DNA of 64,000 bases from an uncultured Gemmatimonadaceae bacterium (GCA_963829055.1 CAWHHI010000009.1:32001-96000); one strand, 5' to 3'. Positions 1 through 11,427 are shown, numbered from the stretch's first letter. Notes: a model not told the origin generated them from the sequence alone. Numbers and translations are program-made.

Positions 1-502
1 TGAGCGCGGCCGCAATGTCGATGAAGTCCCCATACCGTTCCGTGCGCGCCCCCAGAACCGAGTTGGCGAAGACGATGGCGTTCGACTCCGCCCAGGCAAT
101 CTGCTCGCCTAACGACGGACGGTTGGGGAGCTGATACGGAGCACAGGTCCACGTGGGGCGGCACCCTAACGCCGAGTAGAGCCGCATCAGCTCGCGGCCG
201 GCCGTGCGCCGCTTCGGATCGCCGCGGTTGAGCTCCGGATGCAGCAGGTCGACGGCCCCAACGTTGAGCGTCGTCTCGACCCGTACGGATCCGCCACCAG
301 CAACCAGACGCTCGGCGAAGTCGATGCTGACCGGACCGTGATACAGGCATCCGTCCACGTGCGCGCTGGCGATGGGAACCAGGCGCTCGGCTCCCATCAA
401 CTCTGCCATGCGTACGAGAAGACGAGCGGCGAGTTGGGTGGCGACACCTCCGTCGCCCCCCAGCATCGCCCGCTCGTCGCTCGTTAGGTCGATCGTCGGC
501 AC
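1..502 (-). CDS. Aconitase X (AcnX/DUF521) catalytic subunit, N-terminal part; continues off the left edge
   Basis: Manual minus-strand translation gives SAHVDGCLYHG...TTLNVG...CRPTWTCAPYQ...GEQIAWAESNAIVFANSVLGARTERYGDFIDIAAAL, typical of AcnX; GTG start at 502. Confidence 0.85.
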   Translation of the reverse strand, partial: MPTIDLTSDERAMLGGDGGVATQLAARLLVRMAELMGAERLVPIASAHVDGCLYHGPVSIDFAERLVAGGGSVRVETTLNVGAVDLLHPELNRGDPKRRTAGRELMRLYSALGCRPTWTCAPYQLPNRPSLGEQIAWAESNAIVFANSVLGARTERYGDFIDIAAAL

Positions 503-547
503 GCGAGGCCCCGAAGAGACGGGTGCGTGTCGAGCGACGCGCCCCGC

Positions 548-1951
548 TTACGGATTACGGTCCGTGCACCCTGACCAATTCGCGTTGTTCCGCTCGGCAA
601 ACGACGGCGTGATGTTCTGATCGGTGCCGTAGGTACCGCCCTTGAAGTACGCCCCCGTGGGCCACACCGACGTCGCCGGACGCGTGTACTGCCGTACGAG
701 CCGGCGCAGGTCGCCCACGCGGTGGGTGGTCAGGTACAACCAGAACGCCCGCTCGCGAAAGAGCAGATCGATGCGCGCGGCATCGGTGCCCGGATCGACG
801 AGTGGGGGCAGTGGATCCGCGCCCGACGTGGCAATGGCCCACGCCGTTCGTGCACCGGCGTCGGCACGCGCCGTGTTGAGCGCCGTCATCATGCCCGCGG
901 CGTTACCGGCTTTCAACGCGGCCTCGGCTTCGATGAGGCGCGCCTCGACACCAGTGGCCAAACGCGTCGGGGCGGAACCGTTCGGATACCCCAGAATGGT
1001 GTTGACGCGCGTTGAACCATCCTGTCCCAACCGAATCGTGGGGCTGATCGGCACGCGCGGATCGTTCGCGGAGATGAAGTTGAGACCGTTGCCGCCCTCG
1101 CGCTCGGACGGACCGAAGTTCGCGGTGCCCACCATCCAGTCGTAGATCGTGTTCACGAGCGTCGTGGCGGAGTATTCGGCATTCACCACGAAGCTGGTCG
1201 CGACAGCCGCCGAGCCCGCGCCGTCACCGCCGGCGCCGACAGCGGCCGCCGCGTCGGCGAACCGCGCCAGGTCGACCAGCGCGCGCGCCTTCGCGATGCG
1301 TGCAAGGTTTCGGAGTGGAAGGTCGGCGGCTGTCGTGGACAGCGTGGCGAGCGCGCTATCGGCCTGCGCCACCGCACGCGTGAACATCTCCGCGTTCGAC
1401 ACGATCGTGTATTCCGGAGCCGTGTCGTCCGCGTTGGACAGCGGAACCCCATTGCAGAACAGCTCCCCGGCGATGCTCAGCGAGAGACTGGACATCGCGT
1501 GCAGCTGGCCAATCTGGGTCGACCGCGTTGCGCCTGCGGGCGAGTACTGCGCCAGCGACTTGCGCGCTCGAATGAGTTGCGTATAGGCCTGGCCGAAGTT
1601 GTTCCACGCCACGTTCGGAAAGGTGTTCTCGTTGAAGGCGCGTTGGTCGATGTGATCCGCGCCAGGGCGCGCATTGATCAACTCGTCCGAGATGAGCCCA
1701 CCATACAGGTTGGCGCCGACGTTGATGGTGCCGCTGTAGAAGTTGTGGAAGTTGCCGATCGCCGCTGCCCTCAACGCCTGAGCACCGGCGGGATTGGCCG
1801 CATCACCCGGCGAAATCTGGTCCGGCGTCTCCACTTCCAGCAGCGTTTCCCTGCTGCACGCGGCAACCACGGCCAGCGCGAGTGCGGTGGCCGAACGGCG
1901 CAGCATCCCCTGGGTGCGTCCCACATATGTATCGATCATGATCGTCCTCAT
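548..1951 (-). CDS. RagB/SusD-family outer-membrane lipoprotein
   Basis: Lipobox-like VVAAC, EARLIEAEA and LFRERAFWLYLTTHRVGDLRR motifs; start overlaps the stop of the SusC-like gene (TGATG). Confidence 0.85.
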   Translation of the reverse strand: MRTIMIDTYVGRTQGMLRRSATALALAVVAACSRETLLEVETPDQISPGDAANPAGAQALRAAAIGNFHNFYSGTINVGANLYGGLISDELINARPGADHIDQRAFNENTFPNVAWNNFGQAYTQLIRARKSLAQYSPAGATRSTQIGQLHAMSSLSLSIAGELFCNGVPLSNADDTAPEYTIVSNAEMFTRAVAQADSALATLSTTAADLPLRNLARIAKARALVDLARFADAAAAVGAGGDGAGSAAVATSFVVNAEYSATTLVNTIYDWMVGTANFGPSEREGGNGLNFISANDPRVPISPTIRLGQDGSTRVNTILGYPNGSAPTRLATGVEARLIEAEAALKAGNAAGMMTALNTARADAGARTAWAIATSGADPLPPLVDPGTDAARIDLLFRERAFWLYLTTHRVGDLRRLVRQYTRPATSVWPTGAYFKGGTYGTDQNITPSFAERNNANWSGCTDRNP

Positions 1952-4900
1952 CACAGGCCGAAGTTGAAACGGAGAAGCCAGTAGCGAACTGGTGGCGCCG
2001 CGAAAAAGTCGTTGTTCCCGCCACCGGTGTTGGCCACCGATGAGTTGATCTCCGGATCGAGGCCGGGATACTTGGTCCAGAGGACTCCGATGTTGCGCCC
2101 ACTCAGCGTGAGGCTCGCGTTGTGCCCGTGGGCGAACGACACGTACTTGTCGGGAACGCCCACCGTGAAGCTCAACTCGCGGAAGCGAATGAAGTCGTTC
2201 TCCACGAAGTAGCCCCATACCGAGTTGCCTAACAACGCGCTCGTCGTCGTGACCGCCGCCGCCTGGTCGGCCAGCGGGGCCTTGGGGTCGCTCACCGCTC
2301 GGCAGTTGCCCGAGACGCAGCGCTGGTTCTCGAAGCCCCATTGGTTGTAGAAGCCGCCGCGATAGTCGAACAGGGTGGTGATCTGCAGCTTGTCGCCGAA
2401 GAAGCCGAAGGTGTTCGTCAGGCCCCCCTCACGAGTGGGAAGGGTCGAGCCCTTGAAGGCGGGGTCCTTACCGACGACGACCTCACTTTCGGTGAGGAGG
2501 CCGTCGCCGTTCGCGTCGTTGAAGCTCGTGATCGGTCGCGCCCAGAGTCCGAACAACGGATACCCGACGACGTTGCGTGCACCCTGCGTTACCGCGAGCT
2601 GCGCCGTGCCTGCATCGACCAGTTCATTCTTGAGGAATGAGCCGTTCACATGCAGCGACCACTTGACCGGATCTGTGTCGATCACCTTCCCCTGCACCGC
2701 CAGCTCGACACCACGGTTGCGAACCTTGGCGAGGTTCTGCCACTGCGATGGCGCACCGGTCTGACTACTTCCGATCGACGGCGGAAGCGGGTTCAGAAAG
2801 AGCGCGTCGCGGCTTTCCTTGTTGAAGAACGTGGCTTCGAGCGTCACACGGTTGTTCCAGAAGCCGACGTCGGCACCGAGCTCGATCTCGGCCGTGACTT
2901 CGGGCTTGAGGTCCGCATTGCCCTGTGATTGCAGGCGAAGCGCAGCGGTTTCCGCGCCGCCTACGGGGACCGAGAAGGCACTCAGATACTGCAACGATGC
3001 CGTCGTGACCGTCGGGAATTGCCCCGCCTGACCGTACGCGCCGCGAAGTCGCAGATCGCTCATCCAGCCGAACTTCGGGAACCAGTCTTCCTCCAGGAGG
3101 CTCCACGAGAGCGCGGCGCGAGGATACACGGCATTGCCAGCGTTCGAGCCGAAGGCGCTGTTCTGGTCGGTGCGCACGCCCAGCGTCAGGAAACGCTTCT
3201 CGCTCCACCCGAGGACTTCCTCGAGGAAGGCGCCATAGGTGGCGTTCTCGTTGGTCGTCTCGGATGAGAGCTGCAACTGAGCGCCGTTAGGCGTCTGCGC
3301 GCCCGGCGGGAGCGAATAGCCGCGGGCGTCTGTCTGGTACTGCGTGTCCTTGAACCACTGCAGACCGACTGATGTCCGCGTCGACAACGCCGGCAACGCC
3401 TGCCACGTGGCGGTCGCGCCAGCGTCCGCCGAGTAGCGCGAGAAGGTGTTGCGCGTGGCGTCACGCCCGCCGGTCTGCCCCGGTGGGCCCCAGCCCGTGA
3501 CCGTCCCTTCGCCAAAACGCGCGAACCGGTAGCCGTAGCCCGTGTTCTGATCCAGACCGACGGTGGCGCGGCCGGTCAGCCACGATTTGGGCTGCCAGTT
3601 GAACGAACTGCTCCCCGTCAGCCGCTGGTCGCGCAGCTTCTGCGTGACGGAGAAGATATCGCCAATGTACTGAGCCGACGTGCCGTTGGTTGGCGTGCGG
3701 AAGCCAGGGGCGAAATACGTCTGGAACCACAGGCCGGCAAAGAAACCGCCCTCGAATGGTGTGTAGAGCGTTCGGTCCGAGTACCCGGACGAGAAGCTGA
3801 GCTGGGCGTTGGAACCGATCGGCACGCCGAAGTTGGCGCGCAGGCTCGTCTGCCCCAGGCTATTGGGCTCGACCTGCTCGTCGCGAGGGCTCGCACCGCG
3901 CGCTGTCGTTAGGCGGGCGATCTCCGCATCCGGCATGCGATACGGCCCGGTTTCGTCCTCGTGCTCGGCGGACAGGAAGAACGTGAACGCGGAGTTGCCG
4001 CCCGATGCCTGCGCACCCAGGAGATAGCGCGGTTGCGTCTTGAACGGCGTCGTCTCCGAGTTCATGAGCGGGTTGAACGTCGTGACCGAGTCAGCCACGC
4101 ACCGCTTGAGGGATTGGTCCGACAGACGGCAGGTGACTGGAGCGGGCTGCGCGACGCCGCCGACCAGATTGCGCCCCCAGGAGCGATAGTTGTCGGCGAA
4201 GGTGGCGGGCTGGCTCACCTGTCCGGCTTCGCCGTAGAGGTTCCAGCGCGTCTTGCCGGATGCGCCGCGCTTCGTCTTGATGACGAGCACGCCGTTGGCC
4301 GCGGCGGTGCCATACAGCGCGGCCGCCGATGGCCCCTTGATGATATCGATGGACTCGATGTCGTCCGCATTGAAGGCGCCGAAACGGTTAACTCGTGTGG
4401 TGGTGACGGACCCGCCAATGGCGCCAGGCGCCGCCGAGTTGTCGACGCGTACCCCATCCACGATGATGAGCGGCTCGTTGCTGAGCGAGAGCGAGCTCGT
4501 GCCGCGGATACGAATGGACGGCGACGCTCCCGTTAGGCCCGATCCCTGAATGATCTGCACGCCGGGCGTCCGGGCTTGCAGGACCTCGGTGATGTTCGTG
4601 ACCGGCGCGCGACCAGCGAGCGAGTCGACCGCCACCGAGGCGATCACGTTTCCGATTTCCTTTCGCGATTGATCGCCGGTGGCCGTGGTGACGACGGCCT
4701 CGAGCTGTGTGGCGACCTTGGCGAGCGAGAAGTCCGCGGTCACCTCTCCGGTCGACGGAACATCGACGCGGATCGAATCCGGTGCGTAGCCGATGCGGAT
4801 CGCACGCACGACTACCTGGCCCGCCGGTACCGAGTGGATGACATAGTTGCCGTTGTTGCCCGTCAGTTCGCCTAACCGACCGGAGCCGACGACGATGACG

Positions 4901-5037
4901 ACTGTGGCACCCACGATGGGTTGCGACGTCCCCTTCTCCAGGACGCGTCCCTTCACGGATCCCGTGGCCTGCGCCGCGAGCGGTGAAGAGACGAGCCCCA
5001 CGACAAGGGCTGTGGTCAGAACACGCACGATTCTCAT
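1951..5037 (-). CDS. SusC/RagA-family TonB-dependent outer-membrane receptor
   Basis: Signal peptide, carboxypeptidase-like N-domain, plug motif IRIRGTSSLS...DIESIDIIKGPSAAALYGTAAANGVLVIKTK; AAGGAGGAG RBS upstream of ATG 5037. Confidence 0.92.
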   Translation of the reverse strand: MRIVRVLTTALVVGLVSSPLAAQATGSVKGRVLEKGTSQPIVGATVVIVVGSGRLGELTGNNGNYVIHSVPAGQVVVRAIRIGYAPDSIRVDVPSTGEVTADFSLAKVATQLEAVVTTATGDQSRKEIGNVIASVAVDSLAGRAPVTNITEVLQARTPGVQIIQGSGLTGASPSIRIRGTSSLSLSNEPLIIVDGVRVDNSAAPGAIGGSVTTTRVNRFGAFNADDIESIDIIKGPSAAALYGTAAANGVLVIKTKRGASGKTRWNLYGEAGQVSQPATFADNYRSWGRNLVGGVAQPAPVTCRLSDQSLKRCVADSVTTFNPLMNSETTPFKTQPRYLLGAQASGGNSAFTFFLSAEHEDETGPYRMPDAEIARLTTARGASPRDEQVEPNSLGQTSLRANFGVPIGSNAQLSFSSGYSDRTLYTPFEGGFFAGLWFQTYFAPGFRTPTNGTSAQYIGDIFSVTQKLRDQRLTGSSSFNWQPKSWLTGRATVGLDQNTGYGYRFARFGEGTVTGWGPPGQTGGRDATRNTFSRYSADAGATATWQALPALSTRTSVGLQWFKDTQYQTDARGYSLPPGAQTPNGAQLQLSSETTNENATYGAFLEEVLGWSEKRFLTLGVRTDQNSAFGSNAGNAVYPRAALSWSLLEEDWFPKFGWMSDLRLRGAYGQAGQFPTVTTASLQYLSAFSVPVGGAETAALRLQSQGNADLKPEVTAEIELGADVGFWNNRVTLEATFFNKESRDALFLNPLPPSIGSSQTGAPSQWQNLAKVRNRGVELAVQGKVIDTDPVKWSLHVNGSFLKNELVDAGTAQLAVTQGARNVVGYPLFGLWARPITSFNDANGDGLLTESEVVVGKDPAFKGSTLPTREGGLTNTFGFFGDKLQITTLFDYRGGFYNQWGFENQRCVSGNCRAVSDPKAPLADQAAAVTTTSALLGNSVWGYFVENDFIRFRELSFTVGVPDKYVSFAHGHNASLTLSGRNIGVLWTKYPGLDPEINSSVANTGGGNNDFFAAPPVRYWLLRFNFGL

Positions 5038-5125
5038 CTGCTCCTCCTTTCGAGTCGGCCTGCGTAATACCACTGCGGTTGCGGTGTACTGCCTCTGCTC
5101 ATCCTCTCGGATGGTTGTCGACTCC

Positions 5126-7629
5126 CTAGGGCGGGAGCATGCGATAGTCCGCCGGCGGCTCGGCGCCGAGCAGATTGCGGACGAAGTAATCCCACGAGCG
5201 CTTGATCGTGTAGGTCGACCGCTGGTGGCCTGCGTCCGGCACGACCAGCATGTCGAAGTCCTTGCCCGCCTTCATGAGCGCGTCCACGACGCGCAGCGTC
5301 TCCGCCGGCGGATTGTTGCAGTCCATGTCGCCCGTCATCAGCAACAACTTGCCCTTGAGGTTCGCGGCGTATTTGTAGTTCGCCTCGGCCTCGTAGTTGT
5401 CGGAGTTGCCAATCTTCTGATACAAGCCCTGGTACTTCTCGCCCCAGTACCAGCCGTAGACGCGAAAGTCGTGATTGCCCGACCCACTGACCCCAACCTT
5501 GAAGAAGTCCGGGTAGTGCAGCATGGCGGCGGCGGCAGAATACCCTCCGCCGGAGTGCCCCACGATGCCGACACGCGTCGTGTCGATCCAAGGGTACCTA
5601 ATGGCCAACTGGCGGATCGCGGCGACGTGGTCCGGAAGTCCGTTGTCGCGCACGTGTCCATAGAAGAAATCCTCGAACGCCTTGGATCGCTGGGGCGACG
5701 AGCCCATCGCGTCGAGCTGGATCACGATGAAGCCCAGCTCGGCAAGCGAGCGCCGCATGCCTTCCTCCCCCATGTTGCGCGTCGCCGTCATGCGATCCTC
5801 TCGCGTCTCGACGAGTGTGCCGAGCGCCCAATCCGGCCCCTTGAACACCCAGTCGCCGACGCTGCCGCGCTGCGGCCCGGGATAGATGTAGGTCACGATC
5901 GGGTAGTGCCTGGTCGGATCGAAGGTACTCGGCTTGTGCAGAATGCCCCAGAGATCCGTCACGCCATCGCGCGCCTTGACCGTGAACACCTCCGCGGGCG
6001 TCCAGCCGATCGCCCGCAACGGCGTGTCATTCCCACGCGCGAGCTCCATCACGACTTTGCCATCGACATCGCGCAGCACGGTTACCGGTGGCGTCGCGAT
6101 CTGCGAGTACGTGTCGATGAAAAACGGCGCGCCTGGAACCGGGCGAATCGTGTGGTTGCCGGGTTCGGGCGACAGCGACGTCATGGCACTGCCGTCGAAG
6201 CTCACGCGATACAGGTGGGCGTAGTGCGGTACGCCGGCTTCCTTGCCCCAGGCCGTGAAAAAAACGTGTCTTCGCGTACTGTCGACACGCACGATGTCGG
6301 CGACCTTGTACGATCCGCGCTCGACCTGGTTCTTGAGGGTGCCATCGCTGCCGTAGCGATAGATGTGACCCCAGCCGTCGCGTTCGGAGACCCAGAAAAT
6401 GTCCTCGCCGCCCTTCGCGACCGCCCAGTCGCCACCATTGAGGTCGACGAAGGTCGCCGCCGAGTCACGGGCGATCGTGCGGGACTTCCCGGATCGAAGA
6501 TCGAGCGCGGCCAGCTGCACCACTTTTTGGCCGCGCGTCGCGGTGACCACGTACAACTCGTTCGAGCTCTTTCCCCATCGCGCTTCGCCCGGACTCCCGA
6601 GCGCACCGATCGGCTCGCCCTCGACTTTCGTCGCCGAGCGGTTCGCGACGTCGAGCGTGTAGAAGTTGTACCGCATCACGGCGGTATCGCCGGGTGCGGC
6701 GTAGAAATAACTATGGTCCACCGGCTGATTGCTGCTGGATGAGTACAGCGGATAGATCCGCACGCCGCGAAGGTCGTCGCGTTGAACGAGCAGCTTCTTC
6801 GAGTCCGGGGACCAGCGCACGCCGCCCGGTCGTTAGGGTGAAGCGGTCGAGCTCGACGCGCGCGACCTCGAGGCCGAATCGATAGAGGCCGAATCCCCAC
6901 GACGTCGTGCCGTCGGTCGTGAGCGCGATCGAGCCCGCCGGTAGTGAAACGGAATCGCGAGGCGGAAGCGGACCCACCATCGTCGGAGCGTCGCATCCGT
7001 TTCGAACAGGGGCACGCGGCCGGGCACGCCACGCGTCCGGGTCGGCATCGGTGGCGCGAGCGGGTCGCACGTAGACGTTGTAGTTCCAGACGAATGCATC
7101 CCACTGCCCGTCGGGCGAGCGACTCGCCCACGTCGGTCCATCCGCCTTGGCCTGCGCGATGATCTGCGCCGAGTCCGCGAGCACGCATCGCTCGGAGTCG
7201 AGCGGACACCAGTACGACTTGCCGCGAACGTCGAACTGCATCGCACGCTCGCCGTTCACCAACTTCCTGGCCGGCAACGTGTGCGAGTCGATCGATGTGT
7301 CGGCGATGGCGGAGAGCGACGCGGCGATACGGACATTGTCGAACAGCGGGCGCCTGGTCCGTGCCCGTGGGTCGACGAGGTAGAGCGTTCCGCGATCGGC
7401 ACCGGCACCGGTCATCTCGTAGTAGAACCGCACGCTGTCGCTGAGCCAGACCGGGTAGACGCGACCGCCGACCAGCAGCGGGTCGAAGGTGCGGAATGCG
7501 ATCCGCCTTGGCGTAATCGACGACCTGCGCCGGAAGGCCGGCGGCCGACGCGCCACCAGCGAGTGCCGCGATGACCAATCGGCGGTGGCGCATCAACCGA
7601 GTGATCGCAGCAGTGGCAACGATCGTCAT
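5126..7629 (-). CDS. S9-family dipeptidyl-peptidase IV-like serine peptidase (frameshifted)
   Basis: GHSGGG nucleophile motif, YPGPQ, GDMDCN and DAGH catalytic motifs in ORF 5126-6820; N-terminal propeller and signal peptide lie in shifted frames up to 7629. Confidence 0.85.
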
Positions 7630-7687
7630 GGCTGGCCCGTAGCCTTGCCGAGGGGGCGGGTTTGCCGTAGCATTGGCCGTCAGCTTC

Positions 7688-7723
7688 GATGTATACAACG
7701 TTGTGTACTTTGGTGGATACATC
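7688..7723. promoter_or_regulatory. Putative GntR/FadR operator cluster (TGTATACA plus two degenerate boxes)
   Basis: GATGTATACAACGTTGTGTACTTTGGTGGATACATC: AT-rich palindromes between the divergent peptidase operon and the gntR gene. Confidence 0.65.
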
Positions 7724-7771
7724 ATGCCGATCGATCGAGGCAGGCGCAATAGGCAATCGCGCGGTCAGCCC

Positions 7772-8554
7772 GTGGCCGACTCGAGCGATGACCCGCAGCT
7801 GGACGACACGATCGAGCCGAAGAAGTCATCCAGCCCCGATCCGTCCGGCCTGTCGGCAAAGGACGCCGAGCGGGGCGAGCGCCCGCTCGTCGTCTACAAG
7901 CAGCTGCGCAATCTGATCGTGCGCGGGACGATCGCCCCGGGAACCCCGTTGATCGAGACCGAGCTCGCCGATCGACTGAGCGTCAGTCGCACGCCGATTC
8001 GAGGTGCCCTGCAACGACTGCGGCAAGAGGGGCTCATAACGGACGCGAGTGGCCGCCGTGTGTTCAAGTTCGTGGTGGCGCCGCTCACGCGGGATGATGC
8101 ACGGTCGCTCTTCCACATCATGGGCGAGCTCGAGGGTCTCGCCGCTCACGGCGCCGGGATGCTGCCGAACGCCGAGCGCACGGTACTCACCGAGGCGCTG
8201 ACGCGCGTCAACCGTGAGCTACTCGCGCTCGCGCATACGACGGAACCGCACTCCGAGCAGTTCTTCGAGCTGGATCGACAGTTTCATCGCTTGACGACGG
8301 GCGCGGGCTCGAATCCGCGGCTGACCGCCTTGCGCGAAACGATCGAGCCCCAGGTCGAGCGGTACTGGCGCGCGTATGCGGTGATGCGCGCCGACGCCGT
8401 CGGTAGCTCCGCGGGCGAGCACGATGCCATCATCAAAGCCCTCGCTCGAGGCGACGCCGATGCCGCCCAGTACGCGGTCCGCATGAACTGGCGCAACTCG
8501 GCCGATCGCCTGACGCCCGCGTTCGTTCGGCAGGGCGAGCGCGGCCGGTGGTAA
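7772..8554 (+). CDS. GntR-family transcriptional regulator (FCD domain)
   Basis: VYKQLRNLIVRG...ETELADRLSVSRTPIRGALQRLRQEGL HTH; FFELDRQFH and EHDAII FCD motifs; start uncertain. Confidence 0.9.
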   Translation: MADSSDDPQLDDTIEPKKSSSPDPSGLSAKDAERGERPLVVYKQLRNLIVRGTIAPGTPLIETELADRLSVSRTPIRGALQRLRQEGLITDASGRRVFKFVVAPLTRDDARSLFHIMGELEGLAAHGAGMLPNAERTVLTEALTRVNRELLALAHTTEPHSEQFFELDRQFHRLTTGAGSNPRLTALRETIEPQVERYWRAYAVMRADAVGSSAGEHDAIIKALARGDADAAQYAVRMNWRNSADRLTPAFVRQGERGRW

Positions 8555-8636
8555 TGTCCATTGGCGTTAGGCACGTGTACGACGACATCGAGCGGGTGAC
8601 GCAGGCGTAGACGATGCGGTTGATCCCGGTCGAGTG

Positions 8637-9053
8637 TCAGTCGCCGGTCGGAATGATGCTCGCGGTCTCGACCATCAGAATCACGGCGCGCTCGGGTGCC
8701 CGAGTGCGATGGCGAACGCCTCTGGGCACCACGAACCCTTCTCGCGGCTCGAGCGTGACCACTCGGCCCGGCGTGATGCCGTCGGCCTGCGGCTCCAGAT
8801 CAATGAGGAAGCGGCCGTCGAGGACGAAGAAGAACTCGTCGTCCTCGGTGTGCTCGTGCCAGTGATACTCCCCGTGCATGACGCCGAGCCTAACGACTGA
8901 TTCGTTGACGCGGGCCAGCGTCTGATTGTACCACGCATCGCGAACCGCGGCGACGAGCGGATCGAGCGCCACCTTCTCCAGGGGCCCGAAGAGGACGTTC
9001 AGATGCGTGGCGTACGGAAATTCGGCAGGCGAAGGCGTATCTGGCGTGGACAT
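8637..9053 (-). CDS. Cupin-domain protein
   Basis: GEYHWHEHTEDDEFFFVLDG and FVVPRGVRHRTRA motifs; ATG overlaps the upstream TAA. Confidence 0.85.
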   Translation of the reverse strand: MSTPDTPSPAEFPYATHLNVLFGPLEKVALDPLVAAVRDAWYNQTLARVNESVVRLGVMHGEYHWHEHTEDDEFFFVLDGRFLIDLEPQADGITPGRVVTLEPREGFVVPRGVRHRTRAPERAVILMVETASIIPTGD

Positions 9054-9870
9054 TATCGAATCTTCCTCCCGGGTCTGTCGCGGCCGAACTGGTGGAGGAC
9101 CAGCCCCGTCACCGCGCCGCTCGCGTCGCGCACGAAGCTGACCTGCGCGTCCGCCTCGGTGACGAAGAAGTCGCTGCGTGCTCTCCGGCCAGACGCGCAG
9201 CGCGTCGCCGCCGACGTTCGATTTGATGTAGAGTGCTGCGTCGCGCAGCGTCACCTCGAGCTGGAGGCCGGGCGCGATCTCGTAGAGGCCCACGTACGGC
9301 GACAACGCGGTCACGGGGAGATCGATGGCCGTCCGCTTCTTCGGCGGGAGCGCTGACGGTGGCACCATGCCTAACAACCGCATGTAGACCGCGAGCTGGC
9401 TGTAGTGCTCCGCCAGATCGGTCTCGAATCCGATCAGTGTGCTGGCGAGTGCCGCCGAGTTGAGTTGCGGGACCGCCTCCATCGCTGCGTCGCAGAAGCG
9501 GAGTGAAGCCCTGAGTCGCGCGACGAGCGTGTCCTTCGGCCACCGCGCCTTGACCGTGTCGGCCAGCGAGTCCTTGGCGGTCCGCGGACGCTCGAGGCTC
9601 CCGAGGCGCTCGCACAGACCGTAGTTCGCGTTCTCGAGATGCTGCGCGATGTACCCAATGGACTGCTGGGTGGGCATCGGGCGGTAGTCGTAGCGCGCCG
9701 CGGGAATGGAGTCGAAGGCGGCGACGAGTCGGGCGCCGAAGGCGTCGGCGATCCGAACGAAGCTGGCCATCACGCCGTCCGGCGCCGGGCGAGTGGCTGG
9801 TGTCTGCGCGGGGAGCGCCGGTGGGAAGGCGACAGACGAGTGCGATGATGAGCGCGGTGCGACGACGCAT
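9053..9870 (-). CDS. Secreted DinB-family protein with a C-terminal DUF3471-like domain (frameshifted)
   Basis: YDYRPMPTQQSIGYIAQHL and EHYSQLAVYMRLLGMVPPS DinB motifs; signal peptide MRRRTALIIALV in a shifted frame. Confidence 0.7.
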
Positions 9871-10065
9871 GCGGCCTCAGGACGTCCGGGTGAGGGAGGT
9901 TGGACACCGATTGTACTCCGCACGACGCCGTGCGTTCGAACCTCGGTTGCGCGTTTCTCACTCCGGGGTTCGCGCCGTGTTGAGCCACCTATCAGAAAGT
10001 CGCAAAGGTCCGTACCATTGTCACCGTTACCTGGATCGAACGCCCACTACCCGGAGGCTCGCCTC

Positions 10066-10392
10066 ATGCTGGACCGGCTCGCCCGGTTGGTCGGCGTCTC
10101 GCCCACGGTCGCCGCGCTCATGCTCGTACTCCTCGTCGTGCAGCTGGCGACGCAGGCGTACGCGCTGGTAGACCTCGCGCGACGCGACGCGGTGCGAGGC
10201 GGCAACAAGTGGGTGTGGGCGCTCGTCATAGCGTTAGGCAATCTCCCGGGCGCGATCGCCTACCTCGCCGCGGGCCGACCGATGATGGAGGCGGACGTCG
10301 CGGGCGCTGGCTCTGGCGCGAATGCATCGGCGGGCGTCGATGCGGCCCGGCACGCCGTGGATGCGCTGTACGGTCCGCGCGACCGACGATGA
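10066..10392 (+). CDS. PLDc_N (phospholipase D nuclease N-terminal) small membrane protein
   Basis: ALVDLARR...NKWVWALVIALGNLPGAIAYL pattern; GGAGG RBS. Confidence 0.8.
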   Translation: MLDRLARLVGVSPTVAALMLVLLVVQLATQAYALVDLARRDAVRGGNKWVWALVIALGNLPGAIAYLAAGRPMMEADVAGAGSGANASAGVDAARHAVDALYGPRDRR

Positions 10393-11427
10393 GCGCGGGC
10401 CGTCTGCCTGACGTCCTGGGTGTCACGTGAGCGGCGCGCTCTCCGTGCGCGACGCGACCTACCCGGCCGCCCCCGCGACGGCGCCGATGCGAGCGGCCCC
10501 GCTGCGATCGAGCTCCGCGGTCTGACCAAACGGTTCGGCGACACGCTCGCTCTCGACGGTGTCGACCTCGTCGTCCGCCCGGGCGTGGTATTCGGCTTCC
10601 TCGGCCGCAATGGCGCAGGAAAGACCACGGCGCTGCGCATCCTGTCCGGGCTCGCCCGACCCACCGCGGGCACCGCCCACGTCCTCGGCCACGATGTCAC
10701 GCAAGCGAGCGACGTGGTTCGTGCGCAGATCGGCTTCCTCCCCGACGTCCCGGGGTTCTATCCGTGGATGACCGCGCGGGAGTACCTCGAGTTCGCGGGA
10801 CAACTCTTCGGGATCGATCCCGCGACGCTCGACGCGCGCGCCACGCGCGCTGCTGGAGATGGCAGGCCTCGCGTCGGTCACCACGCGAGTCGGCGGCTTC
10901 TCTCGCGGGATGAAGCAGCGGCTCGGCATCGCGCAGGCGCTGATCAACGCACCGAGCCTGCTCATGCTCGACGAGCCGACGAGCGCGCTCGACCCCATCG
11001 GCCGGCACGAGGTGCTCGAGATGGTCGCGTCGCTGCGTGGGCGCACGACGGTGTTCTTCTCGACGCACATTCTCGCCGACGTCGAGCGCGTGTGCGACGC
11101 CGTGGCGATTCTCGAGCAGGGCCGCGTCGTGGCGAGCGCCAGCGTCGATGAGCTCACCGCGCGCGCGACGGCCAACCGCCTGATCGTGGAAGTGGAGGGC
11201 GATGACGGCCGCCGCGGTCGCGGGCGCTTCTGACGGGGCGAGCGTGGCTCACGTCTCTGGAGACCACCGAGCAAACGTTGCGCATGACCGTCTCCGACCT
11301 GCCGGCGGCTCAGCGGGAGATTCCGGCGGCGATCGCGGCCGCCGGCGTCGCGCTCCGGCGGTTCGAGATCGAGGAGGCGAGTCTGGAGGACGTGTTTGTG
11401 GAGCTCGTCGGGGGCGCGGCGCGATGA
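10389..11427 (+). CDS. ABC transporter ATP-binding protein (frameshifted)
   Basis: Walker A GRNGAGKTT, signature FSRGMKQRLGIA, Walker B LMLDEPT, H-loop STH, split across frames. Confidence 0.88.

Noticed and set aside
4847..6742. Long plus-strand ORF (631 aa), and similar long antisense ORFs such as 43002-44810
   Set aside because: Shadow frames of real opposite-strand genes in high-GC DNA; no recognisable motifs.
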